Assembly (NCBI GenBank): GCA_040220235.1
Contig: JAVJTO010000011.1
Source of the DNA: Coleofasciculus sp. B1-GNL1-01
GTDB taxonomy: Bacteria; Cyanobacteriota; Cyanobacteriia; Cyanobacteriales; Coleofasciculaceae
Length of the DNA stretch: 64,000 nt
Strand: one strand, 5' to 3'
Shown here: positions 31,201-41,699 of the stretch, piece by piece
Layout of the letters: every line of letters starts with the position of its first letter
Position numbering within the stretch: the first letter of the stretch is position 1
Notes under the pieces: generated by a model
Told to the model about the DNA's origin: nothing
The model's input: only the letters and a program-made list of their open reading frames with translations
Database searches by the model: none
Translations under genes and position numbers: made by a program

Positions 31201-32265
31201 TGCCTTGGGATGATCTTGTCGCGCTGGACCCCCAACTAAGGCAAATCCAGTCAAAGATACCACCGCATCCACCAGTGGCACATTGGCTTGTCCCTTACTC
31301 GTGGGCGTGTCATAGAAAAAGGCATCCACGGGTTTAGAGAAATCCAGTCCCCCAGCAAACACAGGCAGAACCCGTGCGCCCATGGCTTCTAATTCCTGTA
31401 CCATTGCCACATAATGGGCATCATCCCCGGTTACCAGGTGGGTACGTTGCAGGACTAAACCGACACAGGGGGCGAAGGGATCTTTTAAATCGTCGGAGAT
31501 ATCGTCGCGATTGTTATACCAGGTGAGATACTCTTTGACATCCTCAAACATCTTTGTAGACAGGGGATGCCAAATGCCCATATCTGGGTAAACCACCGGA
31601 TCATTAAAATCAAGGCTTCTTTCCTTAAGCACATATTTATCTGCCAGCATTAACAGGAAGTTTTCCAGGTTTTGAGAGGAACCCCCTAGCCAATACTGGA
31701 ACGACAGCATAAAGTTCCGGGCATCCTGTGCCTTATCGATGGGCATATATTTCAGGACTTTCGGCAGCGTCTGCAATAGCTTCAGCATCCCATCTTGGAA
31801 GGATGAGCCTGACTTGGCTTTACGCTTCTTCATAAACTGGGCGATCGCACTCTTGGATTGACCCAGTTGTGCCATGGAGAAGCTGCCTAATTTATTCAGG
31901 CGCATCACCTGCGGCATGGAGGGGAATACCACCGCTGCATCTAAGCGATCGCGATGGGGTTGAACGGCGGCGACTACCTTATCCGCTAAGTCTTCGATAA
32001 AGATTAGCGAGGCAATAAAGATATTGGCTTGGGCAATATCCTGCTGAAATGCCTGATAGTTTTGTTCGTCGCGGAGTTCTTCGATTAAGTAGCCACTGAT
32101 GTCAATGGCGATATCCGGCTGATTTTGATTAATTGAACGGACAGCCGCAGATAAGGCACTTTGGTACTGTGGCTCTAGCACGACATAGACCACCTTCAGT
32201 ACGTGACGATTCTTGGGGTCATCGGGGGTGATGTGACGAATGGTGGACTTGACGTGAGTGAACAT
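28282..32265 (-). CDS. chlH: Magnesium chelatase subunit H
   Basis: 1327 aa; MFTHVK start, [34 protein letters not shown] end. Confidence 0.97.
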   Translation of the reverse strand: MFTHVKSTIRHITPDDPKNRHVLKVVYVVLEPQYQSALSAAVRSINQNQPDIAIDISGYLIEELRDEQNYQAFQQDIAQANIFIASLIFIEDLADKVVAAVQPHRDRLDAAVVFPSMPQVMRLNKLGSFSMAQLGQSKSAIAQFMKKRKAKSGSSFQDGMLKLLQTLPKVLKYMPIDKAQDARNFMLSFQYWLGGSSQNLENFLLMLADKYVLKERSLDFNDPVVYPDMGIWHPLSTKMFEDVKEYLTWYNNRDDISDDLKDPFAPCVGLVLQRTHLVTGDDAHYVAMVQELEAMGARVLPVFAGGLDFSKPVDAFFYDTPTSKGQANVPLVDAVVSLTGFALVGGPARQDHPKAIEALKRLNRPYMVALPLVFQTTEEWEGSDLGLHPIQVALQIAIPELDGAIEPIILSGRDGTTGKAIALQDRIEAVAKRALKWASLRRKPKLDKKVAITVFSFPPDKGNVGTAAYLDVFGSIYKVMEALKHNGYDVEDLPESAAALMQEVIHDAQAQYATPELNIAYRMSVMEYERFTPYSTRLEENWGPPPGHLNSDGQNLLIYGKQFGNVFIGVQPTFGYEGDPMRLLFSRSASPHHGFAAYYTYLEHLWQADAVLHFGTHGSLEFMPGKQMGMSGDCYPDNLIGSIPNLYYYAANNPSEATIAKRRSYAETISYLTPPAENAGLYKGLKELNELIGSYQTLKDTGRGVPIVNTIMDKCRLVNLDKDIALPEKDASELTSEERDTLVGLVYKKLMEIESRLLPCGLHVIGKPPTAEEAIATLVNIASLDRPEEEILSLPRIIANSLNRDIDEIYQNNDRGVLADVQLLQDITQATRAAVAALVQAQTDAEGRVSKVTSLNFFNMRKRTPWIEALIDAGYCQVDSEAIKPLFEYLEFCLQQVVADNELGAMLKALEGEYVLPGPGGDPIRNPDVLPTGKNIHALDPQSIPTTAAVKSAKIVVDRLLARHRAENGGIWPETIACVLWGTDNIKTYGESLAQIMWMVGVKPVPDALGRVNKLELISLEELGRPRVDVVINCSGVFRDLFINQMNLLDQAVKMAAEADEPEEMNFVRKHAMQQAEDMGINLRQAATRVFSNASGSYAANVNLAVENSTWESESELQDMYLTRKSFAFSADNPGTMEQNRQIFESSLKTAEATFQNLDSSEISLTDVSHYFDSDPTKVVSTLRQDGKTPASYIADTTTANAQVRTLSETVRLDARTKLLNPKWYEGMLSHGYEGVRELSKRLVNTMGWSATAGAVDNWVYEEANETFIQDEAMRQRLMNLNPHSFRKVVSTLLEVNGRGYWETSESNLQMLRELYQEVEDRIEGIE

Positions 32266-32456
32266 ACTGTTCTCGCTCCTTTTGATCCGTGTTCTCTTCT
32301 CATGGGTAGGGTTCCAGGGAAGGTTGGCTTGATTTCCCTTGGAATCGGCTTGGCGTTACAGTTAGGGCAACTTTAGTGGTTTTACCAGAAAATGCTGACC
32401 GATGCAGCGTTTTCGCCCTTGTTTGACACAATTCGATAGGAAGTTGCTCAATTTAC

Positions 32457-32518
32457 TTTACATTTATTTACATTAATTGAAGTAGTTGCTCTAACTATTT
32501 TTTACAAAACTTTACAAT
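32457..32518. promoter_or_regulatory. Two HLR1 (RpaB-type) motifs upstream of chlH
   Basis: TTTACATT-TA-TTTACATT (32457-32474) and TTTACAAA-AC-TTTACAAT (32501-32518) fit (G/T)TTACA(T/A)(T/A)-N2 repeats. Confidence 0.7.
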
Positions 32519-32689
32519 TAAATTAATATGGGCAAAAGTAGACTCAGTGTTATAGAGGTACTGGGGTGCATGTAGATACATAACATTGACAATTCTGGTA
32601 GACGGCGATAAAAGGACACAGACTCCCCAGCGAGGTTCGTCGTTGCGCTATCTTCGCTAGATGCGATCGCAAAGGCAGACAGCCATTTG

Positions 32690-32807
32690 ATAGGTCAGCC
32701 GGGAAATAAATTTCCGGCTAATAGCTAAAGTCAGCTAAAGCTGACTAGACGTTTTAACCCGTTTTAACGGGTTTTAGCTTTAGGTTCCGGAACTTGAGTT
32801 CACGGCT
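32690..32807. repeat. 118-bp structured repeat, copy A
   Basis: Direct repeat of 34945-35062 with 2 mismatches; several internal hairpins. Confidence 0.9.
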
Positions 32808-33159
32808 ACGCTTCGATTGAATGTCACGCTCCTCGTTTTCTGGTGGGCAATGCCCACCCTACGGTATATCAAGGGTTTCAGTGATCTCAAAATGCACGCT
32901 TTTCAGTTCAATGGCACTTAGGTTAGCCGTTGGGCTGTCTTCGCTATAAGCGATCGCATTTCCACGTAAACGGGGGTACTGGTGCATACAAACCAGGCTT
33001 CCCTATCCCTTGCAGCGTTGGATTGTCTCCTGTGTTAGGATATCGCCAGTATTTGTGGCATTTTGTAGTGAGTCCCCTTCCCTTTAATTTGAAGAAAAAA
33101 CAGATTTAATCAAGAGACTGATAGATAAAAAAATAGTCTGTTTTTTAATAGATAATCCT

Positions 33160-34278
33160 ATGTTAAAACGTATCTATATTGATAATTTTCGCTGTCTAGT
33201 CAACTTTGAACTTGACGTTGATACGATTAATCTATTTCTGGGTGCTAACGGAACGGGTAAATCGACAGTTTTTGAAGTCTTACAGAAAATCCAGGCATTT
33301 GTCAGTGGTGATAGCAAAGTCGATAAAATTTTTGACTCTGCCGACTGTACCCGCTGGCAAACCTTAACTGTTCAACGGTTTGAACTCGAACTTCAAGGGA
33401 ATGGTGGCAGTTACAAATACGAATTGGGTATTGGTCACAATCAGAATAAATGCCGTGTTGAGTATGAACGTCTGTGGTTTGATAACCAACCCTTACTGAA
33501 ATTTGAGTTAGGTGACGTTCAACTCTATCGAGACAACCATTCAGAGGGACCGCAATACTCCTTTGACTGGTCGCAGTCTATGATACCTTCATTGATGCCA
33601 AGAAATGACAATACCAAGTTAACTTGGTTTAGAGAACGGATTAAACGATTTATTATCGTCAAAATCATTCCCAGCTTGATGATTGATGAAAGTTCCCAGG
33701 AAGAAATGCGTTTGGCAATTCAAATGGAAAATTTTGTGTCTTGGTATCGCTATATTTCTGAGGATCAAGGCAAAATTGCTGAAATCGCCAATGTATTAAA
33801 AGAGGTGATTGAGGGATTTTATAGTTTTAAATTTGAACGAGTAAGCGAACAAAATTTAGTGCTGACACTACGGATTGCCGGAGATGGAGATAATTCTCAA
33901 CCCCTTAAATATCGATTTCGAGAATTATCCGATGGACAAAAGATGTTAATTGTTTTATACACACTGATTTATGGCACAAAACAGGAAGAGTATACGTTAT
34001 GCATTGATGAACCAGAAAATTTCTTAGCCTTACCAGAAATTCAACCTTGGTTGATTCAGCTTTATGATTTTTGCAGTGAGGGACAACTCCAAGCGTTACT
34101 GATTTCTCACCATCCTGAGTTAATTAACTATCTTTTAGCGTCACCCATTGGTTATTGGTTTGAGCGTCAAAGTAACGCTCCGGTTCGAGTTAAACGGATT
34201 AGTAATGAAGTCGCTGATAGTTCTGGATTACCCGTCTCAGAACTCATTGCCAGGAGATGGTTGAGTGAGTCAGCGTAG
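33160..34278 (+). CDS. ABC-type ATPase (AAA_21/AAA_15-like)
   Basis: MLKRIYIDNFRC, GANGTGKST, LSDGQ, LCIDEPEN, ISHH; no transmembrane segments. Confidence 0.85.
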   Translation: MLKRIYIDNFRCLVNFELDVDTINLFLGANGTGKSTVFEVLQKIQAFVSGDSKVDKIFDSADCTRWQTLTVQRFELELQGNGGSYKYELGIGHNQNKCRVEYERLWFDNQPLLKFELGDVQLYRDNHSEGPQYSFDWSQSMIPSLMPRNDNTKLTWFRERIKRFIIVKIIPSLMIDESSQEEMRLAIQMENFVSWYRYISEDQGKIAEIANVLKEVIEGFYSFKFERVSEQNLVLTLRIAGDGDNSQPLKYRFRELSDGQKMLIVLYTLIYGTKQEEYTLCIDEPENFLALPEIQPWLIQLYDFCSEGQLQALLISHHPELINYLLASPIGYWFERQSNAPVRVKRISNEVADSSGLPVSELIARRWLSESA

Positions 34279-34816
34279 AGTGCAGATCGTGATTCTGTGT
34301 GAGGATCGCCAGCAAGAAGTTTTTGCCCGTCATTTCTTGAAAAAGCGCGGTTTGACTGGTATATTTCGCTCTAAAATATGTCCGCCTGGTAGCCAATCGG
34401 GAGAACAGTATGTACGGAGTCAGTATCCAGTCGAAGTCAAAGCCTATCGTCAGAATAGAAACCGTGTATCGATTGGATTGGTTGTGTTGATTGATGCCGA
34501 TACAGGTGGCTTGCAAGAACGACTCAATCAGTTGGATCTCGCCCTCAGCGAAAATTCCCAACAAAATCGTCAACCCGATGACGCGATCGCGATTTTCATT
34601 CCTAAACGTAATATTGAGACTTGGATACATTTTTTGCAGGGAGAAACCGTGGATGAGGAGACAGAGTATTCAAAATACCAGAAGGAAGCGGCTTGTAAAC
34701 CATCTGTAGAAAATCTGGCAGAACAATGCCGTTCTCAGAACTTACCAGACAACGCACCTGCGTCACTTCAGGTAGCTTGTGGAGAATTACAACGGCTGTT
34801 ACAACTCTTAAAATAA
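34265..34816 (+). CDS. TOPRIM-like partner protein (DUF4276/RloB-like)
   Basis: VILCED, LIDAD and NIETW acidic motifs; overlaps the ATPase stop. Confidence 0.55.
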   Translation: MSQRRVQIVILCEDRQQEVFARHFLKKRGLTGIFRSKICPPGSQSGEQYVRSQYPVEVKAYRQNRNRVSIGLVVLIDADTGGLQERLNQLDLALSENSQQNRQPDDAIAIFIPKRNIETWIHFLQGETVDEETEYSKYQKEAACKPSVENLAEQCRSQNLPDNAPASLQVACGELQRLLQLLK

Positions 34817-34944
34817 GTGCGATCACGACTGTTACGTTAAATTTACACCTTAATAAGTATTTACAATGATAAAAATTTAATAAAATTAACTTTTTCAAGA
34901 TTTCAATAAGACAGCATTTTGTTTGCTCCTTACTCTCAGAATCA

Positions 34945-35086
34945 ATAGGTCAGCCGGGAAATAAATTTCCGGCTGATAGCTAAAGTCAGCTAAAGCTGAC
35001 TAGATGTTTTAACCCGTTTTAACGGGTTTTAGCTTTAGGTTCCGGAACTTGAGTTCACGGCTTAGTACTTGAGTTCACGGCTTAGT
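34945..35086. repeat. 118-bp structured repeat, copy B, with terminal 20-bp tandem duplication
   Basis: 34945-35062 matches copy A; ACTTGAGTTCACGGCTTAGT twice (35047-35086). Confidence 0.9.
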
Positions 35087-35216
35087 GCAAAATAGAAATT
35101 AGCTGCTGATACCAAATCCGTGTTTTTTTCGCTTCGGCTTCTCAGACTTTTTCGCAAACGGAGAGTTAGACAACTGAGTTGAATCTGACTCCTCCTTTAG
35201 TTGAGAGGTACTCGTT

Positions 35217-35350
35217 TCAGTTACCAACTGCTTTTCCATCAGGCACATCTGCCAAAGCCACATCGGGTAAAACATAGGACGTGGCAATCAATTTTTCATC
35301 CCAGTTGATAATCTCAGGAAACCGAATACCCGGTAACACCTGAACTGTTT
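35217..35350 (-). pseudogene. Possible C-terminal remnant of a TIGR03032-family gene
   Basis: VQVLPGIRFPEIINWDEKLIATSYVLPD resembles VAVLPGMRRP near the end of the 43996-45105 protein. Confidence 0.4.
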
Positions 35351-35373
35351 GTCCATTGCTGCGTAAGGGTTTA

Positions 35374-36282
35374 TTAATATACAGCGCTTGGCGTTTTCTC
35401 ATCAAAGGAAAGGTATTGTTTATTTTTTTCTACTCCGTTGCTATCCTGTCGCTTATTTCCGGATGCAATTGGCTGCTGTTGCATCTCCCAACTCTTGAGA
35501 ACAATCAGATATTCGTAGAATGCCTGTAGTGTACACCAAGCAAAACCGGCTTGACCATCTAGACAACCACCGAGGAAAAAATACATATAAATGAAGCGCA
35601 GCAAAGGTCTGAAGGGAAGACGCAAAGACAAATCTTTTAACGCCCGCCGTCGTTCGACTTCTGATTGACCCACGCACAAATTCCACCAATTCACTCGTCC
35701 CTGTTCGAGTTGTCGCAACGTTTCAGCCGCCTCATTAGTGGAGTAGCGATTATGCTTGTCAATCCAGCGCGTCAAGCCTTTTGAACAGGTATAGTGAGGA
35801 TAGGTTTCGTTTAGGAAACCTGTGAAACCGTTACAAACTTCTCGTTCAGTGTGACCATAATCTGTAAACCAGACCTTATCTTTCTGGAACAGGCGCAATT
35901 GATAGCGGGGATACTGGGTGCTGTGGCGAATCCATTTACCCATAAACAGGACTCGTTCTGCCACATAATAGCCGATGTGTTTGGGATTTTGGATAGTGTC
36001 CAGACATTCTTGGAACAGTTGGGGAGTCATACGTTCATCCGCTTCTAGAATGTAGACCCATTCATATTTGGTAGGAATCGCTTCCAGCATCCAGGTGCGT
36101 TGTTTTCCGTGACTTTCAAATTTATGCTGTAATATTCGGACGGGATAGCGGGAGGTAATTTCAATCGTGCGATCTGTGCTGAATGAGTCTACAACAATGA
36201 CATCATCTGAAAGCAGGGCTGATTCAATACAGGCAGCGATGTCTAATTCTTCATTATGGGTGAGGATGTAAATGGAAAACAT
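35374..36282 (-). CDS. Glycosyltransferase family 2 (beta-glucosyltransferase-like)
   Basis: FSIYILTHNEE, VDSFSTD, LEADE, KHNRYS. Confidence 0.88.
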   Translation of the reverse strand: MFSIYILTHNEELDIAACIESALLSDDVIVVDSFSTDRTIEITSRYPVRILQHKFESHGKQRTWMLEAIPTKYEWVYILEADERMTPQLFQECLDTIQNPKHIGYYVAERVLFMGKWIRHSTQYPRYQLRLFQKDKVWFTDYGHTEREVCNGFTGFLNETYPHYTCSKGLTRWIDKHNRYSTNEAAETLRQLEQGRVNWWNLCVGQSEVERRRALKDLSLRLPFRPLLRFIYMYFFLGGCLDGQAGFAWCTLQAFYEYLIVLKSWEMQQQPIASGNKRQDSNGVEKNKQYLSFDEKTPSAVY

Positions 36283-36439
36283 GAGTAGTGTTGCGTGAAT
36301 TGCTATTAGATATAGCACTCCGAGATAGGTTTTGGATGAAGTTTAATAGTTTATTCAAAAAGGGAGACCTCCCCAGGTATTTTTAGTGAGTGGTCTCCAT
36401 GCAGAAGCCATGTTTTTTGAGTGGCTTAAGGCTATATAC

Positions 36440-37171
36440 TTAAGCCTTGCGCTGTTGTTTACGCTTGAAAGCTGAGCCAGCGCCTAGAACGCTTACTGCT
36501 AAGAGTCCCAGAACAGAAGCGGGTTCGGGGGTCACTGCAACCTTATCAACCAATAATCCGGACTCGAAAATGCGATTATCGACATCGGTAACACCAATTC
36601 CTAAACTATATGTTCCAGTGGTTGGGATTACATAAGAAAATTCCTCAAACCCTGTCTCATCAGAAAATTCTGTTAACGAGTTCATGAAGCTTAAGGAAGT
36701 ATCGCCTAATTCATTTAAAGATGTAAGTGAAACAAAAGCAAAGTCATTGAAGCTAAATGGATCGTCGTCAAAGTCTAGCTCATCTGTCAGAAAATTCCAA
36801 TGAAACTTTACAACTTGACCTGCCTTTGCCGTGAATGTTTGTTTGATAGCAGAGCCTTCAGTTGCATCTCCATTTCCCAGAGCATCCAAGCTGCCCGAAG
36901 GTAATCCGAGAAAGGATTCTAACTGAAAATCATTAATTGAACTCGTCCGTAGTAACGCTTGAAAATCTCCTTCCTTGGGACCACTACCAAACGCGGATGT
37001 CTCAATACTAGTATCACCGAGAGTTTGCCATCCGTCAAAATTACCTGTCTCAAACCCACCATTAACTATAGAAGCATAGGAAGATTCGACACCGAATAGA
37101 GTTGAAAATCCAACCAAACTAACGAAGCTGGCTGCAAAGGCTGAAAGTTTGATAAGGGTAGAAGTAGACAT
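36440..37171 (-). CDS. PEP-CTERM sorting-domain protein
   Basis: Signal peptide; NGGFETG; C-terminal TPEPASVLGLLAVSVLGAGSAFKRK. Confidence 0.88.
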   Translation of the reverse strand: MSTSTLIKLSAFAASFVSLVGFSTLFGVESSYASIVNGGFETGNFDGWQTLGDTSIETSAFGSGPKEGDFQALLRTSSINDFQLESFLGLPSGSLDALGNGDATEGSAIKQTFTAKAGQVVKFHWNFLTDELDFDDDPFSFNDFAFVSLTSLNELGDTSLSFMNSLTEFSDETGFEEFSYVIPTTGTYSLGIGVTDVDNRIFESGLLVDKVAVTPEPASVLGLLAVSVLGAGSAFKRKQQRKA

Positions 37172-37284
37172 ATAACTCGTTTCTCCAAAAGGTAAAAGCT
37201 ATTTATTTAGCTGTCATTCGGTAGCTTAAACTGTCTCTTCAGCGCTGTCAGTAGCAAAAAGTAGCAACATCTCGAAGCAGTTTT

Positions 37285-37417
37285 ATAAAGTTCCCATGAA
37301 GAAGTCACCCTCTTTATGAAGCGTTTGTAAAACAGTAGGCAGGTTTTGTAAAGTTTTCATAAAGAAGTTGGTCAGGTTTATCAAGCTTGTGTAAAACAGT
37401 AGGCAGGTTTTATGAAG
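37285..37417. promoter_or_regulatory. 64-bp tandem units built from paired RTRAAR hexamers at 11-bp spacing
   Basis: GTAAAACAGTAGGCAGGTTTT at 37327 and 37391; hexamer pairs at 37285/37296, 37316/37327, 37348/37359 and 37380/37391. Confidence 0.55.
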
Positions 37418-37464
37418 TTCAGGTCAACTTGCCCACAGGTGTGTCTATAGGAGTAAAAATACTC

Positions 37465-38907
37465 ATGCGTCTTGAAGAAGCACTTGAACTCTTGCAATCC
37501 TTTGTCTATACCCAAACCCAGCAACACTTAAATACTCTGCAAATGGCTGTCCTGCGGGGATCTTGGGAACATCAATCCTATGAGCAAATTGCCGAAACTT
37601 ACTGTTTCTCCAGCGCTCACGCCAAGACAGTTGGTGCCAAGTTATGGAACTTTCTATCCCAAGTGCTTGGTACAAAAGTTAATAAGAAGAATTTTTCAGT
37701 AGTTCTGCAACGTAAAGCGAAAGAGTGGATGGTAGAGAAAGCAATCGATATAGCCACTCAGTCCGTTTGTCCAGAAATATCGTGCCAAACTCCATTATCT
37801 GTTACATCCGCTACAAAAAATTGTGCCACATCTTGCATCAGCCCTGAATTACCCGGAGGTCAAGTTCCGCTAGAGTCTTCCTTTTATATAGAACGTCCTC
37901 CCATTGAAGAACGCTGCTACGATGCTATTGGACAACCAGGTGCATTAATTCGCATTCATGCTCCCACGCAAATGGGTAAAACATCCCTAATGGCAAAAAT
38001 TCTACAGCAAGGAAGATGGCAAGAGTATCATACTGTAACCTTAAGCTTTCAGCTTGCGAGTAGCCATGTTTTGAGTAATCTCGATAAATTCTTACAATGG
38101 TTCTGCGCCAGCATTGGTAAAAGTTTAGGGTTACCGAATCAAGTGGCTGATTATTGGGATACTATTTTGGGTGGCAAATCCAGTAGCACGGATTATTTTG
38201 AGAACTATGTGTTAGCAGAAATCGACAGCCCTATCGTTATTGGCTTAGATAATGTTGAAGTAATCTTTCAATACCAGGAAATTGCCTCAAATTTTTTTTG
38301 CCTGTTGCGAACCTGGAATGAGAAAGCTAAGTACGGAAATAGCCTGAGCCGAGTCTGGGAAAAACTGCGGCTAGTCGTCGTTTATTCAACCGAGATTTAT
38401 ATGCCCTCGATTGTTAAGCACTCACCGTTTAATGTGGGACTATCAATAGGGTTGCCAGAATTTACCTGGGAGCAGGTACAAGATTTGGCATGGCGTCATG
38501 GACTCAATTGGGATATTGATCAGGTAAAACAGCTCATGTCTCTAGTTGGGGGTCATCCCTATCTGATCCGAAAGGCACTTTATCACATTTGGCAACAAGA
38601 TTTTACCCTAGAAGAGTTGTTAGCTAAGTATACCAGAAAAGTGAGAATTTACAGTGAATACCTGTGTCAGCAATTATCGAATCTGCGACAGTACCCAGAA
38701 CTTTATTCAGCATTTACCCAAGTGACAACTTCGCAAAAACCTGTGGAATTAGAATGGGAGCAAGCCTTACAATTACAGACCATGGGATTGGTGCATCTAA
38801 AAGGCGATCGCGTGCTGCCTAGCTGCAATTTGTATCGTCAGTATTTTAACGTCTCAGCGTCTCATCTACAGGAGTTCCACCCTAAATCCGGGAAAGCCGA
38901 AATATAA
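37465..38907 (+). CDS. AAA_35-type NTPase with an N-terminal HTH-like domain (vWA-MoxR-associated type)
   Basis: VLRGSWEHQSYEQIA...LWNFLSQVLG; PGGQVPLESSFYIERPPIE; APTQMGKTSL; SPFNVG; GGHPYL. Confidence 0.78.
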   Translation: MRLEEALELLQSFVYTQTQQHLNTLQMAVLRGSWEHQSYEQIAETYCFSSAHAKTVGAKLWNFLSQVLGTKVNKKNFSVVLQRKAKEWMVEKAIDIATQSVCPEISCQTPLSVTSATKNCATSCISPELPGGQVPLESSFYIERPPIEERCYDAIGQPGALIRIHAPTQMGKTSLMAKILQQGRWQEYHTVTLSFQLASSHVLSNLDKFLQWFCASIGKSLGLPNQVADYWDTILGGKSSSTDYFENYVLAEIDSPIVIGLDNVEVIFQYQEIASNFFCLLRTWNEKAKYGNSLSRVWEKLRLVVVYSTEIYMPSIVKHSPFNVGLSIGLPEFTWEQVQDLAWRHGLNWDIDQVKQLMSLVGGHPYLIRKALYHIWQQDFTLEELLAKYTRKVRIYSEYLCQQLSNLRQYPELYSAFTQVTTSQKPVELEWEQALQLQTMGLVHLKGDRVLPSCNLYRQYFNVSASHLQEFHPKSGKAEI

Positions 38908-39056
38908 AGCGGAAGCGGCTTGTCAACTATCCACTTTTAAACGTTTAAAGCAATAAGTGCGATCGCAGAATATCCTTGCTTTCCTGGAGAATGGCGCAAG
39001 ATGTGAGATTGCTCCAGAATAGTGCAAGTGACCCACTACGCCGTAAGATCTAAAAC

Positions 39057-41480
39057 ATGATCTACCAACCACCGCGCCCAACTATCCCTGAGAGTACCTG
39101 GCACCGTCCAATTGGACAGGGCTGGGAGAATCCTTATACTGTACGCTATGCCAGTAATCTGGATGATGGACCCTGGCATGGTATGCCCCTTGGTGGATTT
39201 GGCGCAGGTTGTCTGGGGCGATCGCCACGGGGAGATTTTAATCTATGGCATCTGGATGGGGGAGAACATACCTTTAAATCTTTGCCAGCTTGCCAGTTTA
39301 GTGTGTTTGAACAGCCAGAAAACCAAGACGCCCAAGCTTATGCCCTTTGCACCGAACCCCCAGAGGATAGCAGTTTGGGCAAATGGCAATGGTATCCCAC
39401 TGGGGAAACGTCAAACGTCACTACAGGAACCTATCACGCCCTTTATCCCCGCAGTTGGTTTGTCTACGAGAATATATTTCAAACAGAGTTAACCTGCCAA
39501 CAGTTTTCCCCAATTTGGGCGGAGTGTTATCAGGAAAGCAGTTATCCAGTGGCGGTGTTTGAATGGACTGCCCATAATCCCACCGATCAGCCGATTACCT
39601 TAAGTATTATGCTTACCTGGCAGAATATGGTGGGCTGGTTTACCAACGCAATTCAGCATCCTCAAGTTCAAGTACGAGATGATGGGAGTCCAGTTTACGA
39701 GTATCAACCCCGTTGGGGCAATAGTACGGGGAATTATAATCAGTGGATTGTGGATAATTTCCGCGTGGGTTGTCTGTTAGATCGGGTGAGGTTGCGGGAT
39801 GAAATTGAAGAAGGCGAAGGGCAACTCTGTTTTGCCACGGTGACGAATCCCAGTCAGGAGGTATTTTATCACTGTCGCTGGAATCCCACAGGCGATGGAT
39901 CGGAGGTGTGGAATACGTTTGCCAGTGATGGAAGTCTGAGTGATGTGCAAGACGAAACCCCGGCTGAACCCGGAGAACAAATTGCAGGTGCGATCGCGGT
40001 ACGGGTAAGACTGCGCCCAGGTAGAACCCGGAAAATCCCGTTTATCCTGGCGTGGGATTTTCCGGTAACTGAGTTTTCGGCTGGAGTTAAATATTACCGC
40101 CGTTATACTGATTTCTTTGGGCGCACCGGGAATAATGCCTGGTCAATGGTTCGCACCGCCCTTAAACATTCTGACCTTTGGCAAGAGAGAATTTTATCCT
40201 GGCAAAATCCAATTTTACAGCGTCAGGATTTACCCAATTGGTTCAAAATGGCGCTGTTTAATGAACTCTATTTACTATCGGCTGGGGGAACAATTTGGAG
40301 TTCGGCAAATGAACGCAATCCAGTAGGTCAGTTCGGGGTGTTGGAATCCTTTGATTATCGTTGGTACGAAAGTTTAGATGTGCGGCTGTATGGATCATTT
40401 GCCCTAGCAATGCTGTGGTCAAGATTGGATAAAGCGGTATTGGAAGCCTTTGCCCGGGCAATTCCCACGAGTGATGATACGCCTCGAATTATTGGTTACA
40501 ACCAAGCCACAGCGATTCGCAAAGCCGCTGATGCGACACCTCACGATTTAGGTGCAGCGAATGAGCATCCGTGGGAGAAAACCAACTACACCAGTTATCA
40601 AGATTGTAATCAGTGGAAGGATTTACCCTGTGATTTTGTTTTGCAGGTGTATCGAACCTTTGTGTTTACAGGGTCAAAGGATATTGAATTTTTAGCCGAA
40701 TGTTGGTCAGCGATTGTCAAGGCGCTGGCGTATCTGAAAACCTTTGATCAGGATGGGGATGGGATTCCGGAAAACTCCGGCGCACCGGATCAGACGTTTG
40801 ATGATTGGCAGTTGCAGGGCGTTAGCGCCTACTGTGGTGGACTATGGTTAGCCGCCTTAGAAGCCGGAAGCGCGATCGCCCAAATTCTCTTGGACAACTA
40901 CACCCTGGTTTTTTCCATTAATCTACCTGATCCAGAGGTGATTCAACAAACCCTGAACAACTATCAGCAATGGCTAAAACAAGCGAAACCGATTTATCAA
41001 GAAAAACTCTGGAATGGTCAATATTATCGCCTGGATAGCGACAGTGATTCCGATGTGGTGATGGCAGATCAACTTTGTGGTCAATTCTATGCAAAATTAT
41101 TAGGATTGCCAGATATTGTTCCCCCAGAATGTACCCAATCGGCATTAAAAACGGTTTACGAGTCTTGTTTCTTAAAGTTCCATAATGCCCAATTTGGTGC
41201 AGCCAATGGAGTAAAACCCGATGGTTCTCCCGAACATCCGGATGCGACACATCCCTTAGAGGTGTGGACTGGGATTAATTTTGGACTAGCGGCATTTTTA
41301 ATTCAATTGGGGATGAAGGATGAAGCATTAAAACTAACTGAATCAGTCGTCAGACAAGTCTATGAAAATGGATTACAATTCCGCACCCCAGAAGCGATTA
41401 CACCGATTGGCACATTTCGGGCAGGTCATTATCTGCGGGCGATGGCAATTTGGGCAGTTTATTTGACGTTGAGTCAATAG
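39057..41480 (+). CDS. GH116 glycoside hydrolase (non-lysosomal glucosylceramidase-like)
   Basis: GMPLGGFGAG, ALFNELY, PHDLG, PDQTFDDW, EVWTG, FRTPEA. Confidence 0.9.
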   Translation: MIYQPPRPTIPESTWHRPIGQGWENPYTVRYASNLDDGPWHGMPLGGFGAGCLGRSPRGDFNLWHLDGGEHTFKSLPACQFSVFEQPENQDAQAYALCTEPPEDSSLGKWQWYPTGETSNVTTGTYHALYPRSWFVYENIFQTELTCQQFSPIWAECYQESSYPVAVFEWTAHNPTDQPITLSIMLTWQNMVGWFTNAIQHPQVQVRDDGSPVYEYQPRWGNSTGNYNQWIVDNFRVGCLLDRVRLRDEIEEGEGQLCFATVTNPSQEVFYHCRWNPTGDGSEVWNTFASDGSLSDVQDETPAEPGEQIAGAIAVRVRLRPGRTRKIPFILAWDFPVTEFSAGVKYYRRYTDFFGRTGNNAWSMVRTALKHSDLWQERILSWQNPILQRQDLPNWFKMALFNELYLLSAGGTIWSSANERNPVGQFGVLESFDYRWYESLDVRLYGSFALAMLWSRLDKAVLEAFARAIPTSDDTPRIIGYNQATAIRKAADATPHDLGAANEHPWEKTNYTSYQDCNQWKDLPCDFVLQVYRTFVFTGSKDIEFLAECWSAIVKALAYLKTFDQDGDGIPENSGAPDQTFDDWQLQGVSAYCGGLWLAALEAGSAIAQILLDNYTLVFSINLPDPEVIQQTLNNYQQWLKQAKPIYQEKLWNGQYYRLDSDSDSDVVMADQLCGQFYAKLLGLPDIVPPECTQSALKTVYESCFLKFHNAQFGAANGVKPDGSPEHPDATHPLEVWTGINFGLAAFLIQLGMKDEALKLTESVVRQVYENGLQFRTPEAITPIGTFRAGHYLRAMAIWAVYLTLSQ

Positions 41481-41699
41481 TTTCCACGCGATCGCCTTGT
41501 GCTGGATCTCGTGGAATTAAGCCCGGTTGAGTCCAAGCAAGCGTAAATACCCAAACCAAATCCCTGCCAATTTTCATCCACGCGATCGGGGAAATTATCC
41601 TACCAATAGGGTTGAGGGATATAAAAGTAAATTGGGGGGAATTGTCCAATCCTAGAAACGTAACTTACTCAAAACTATTACGCTATCCTTATAGTTAAC

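Noticed and set aside
32960..33080. Possible att site or ncRNA
   Set aside because: No tRNA, integrase or convincing fold recognised
37285..37417. 64-bp periodic repeat as a mini-CRISPR
   Set aside because: Only two units, the intervening sequences resemble each other, and there is no palindrome
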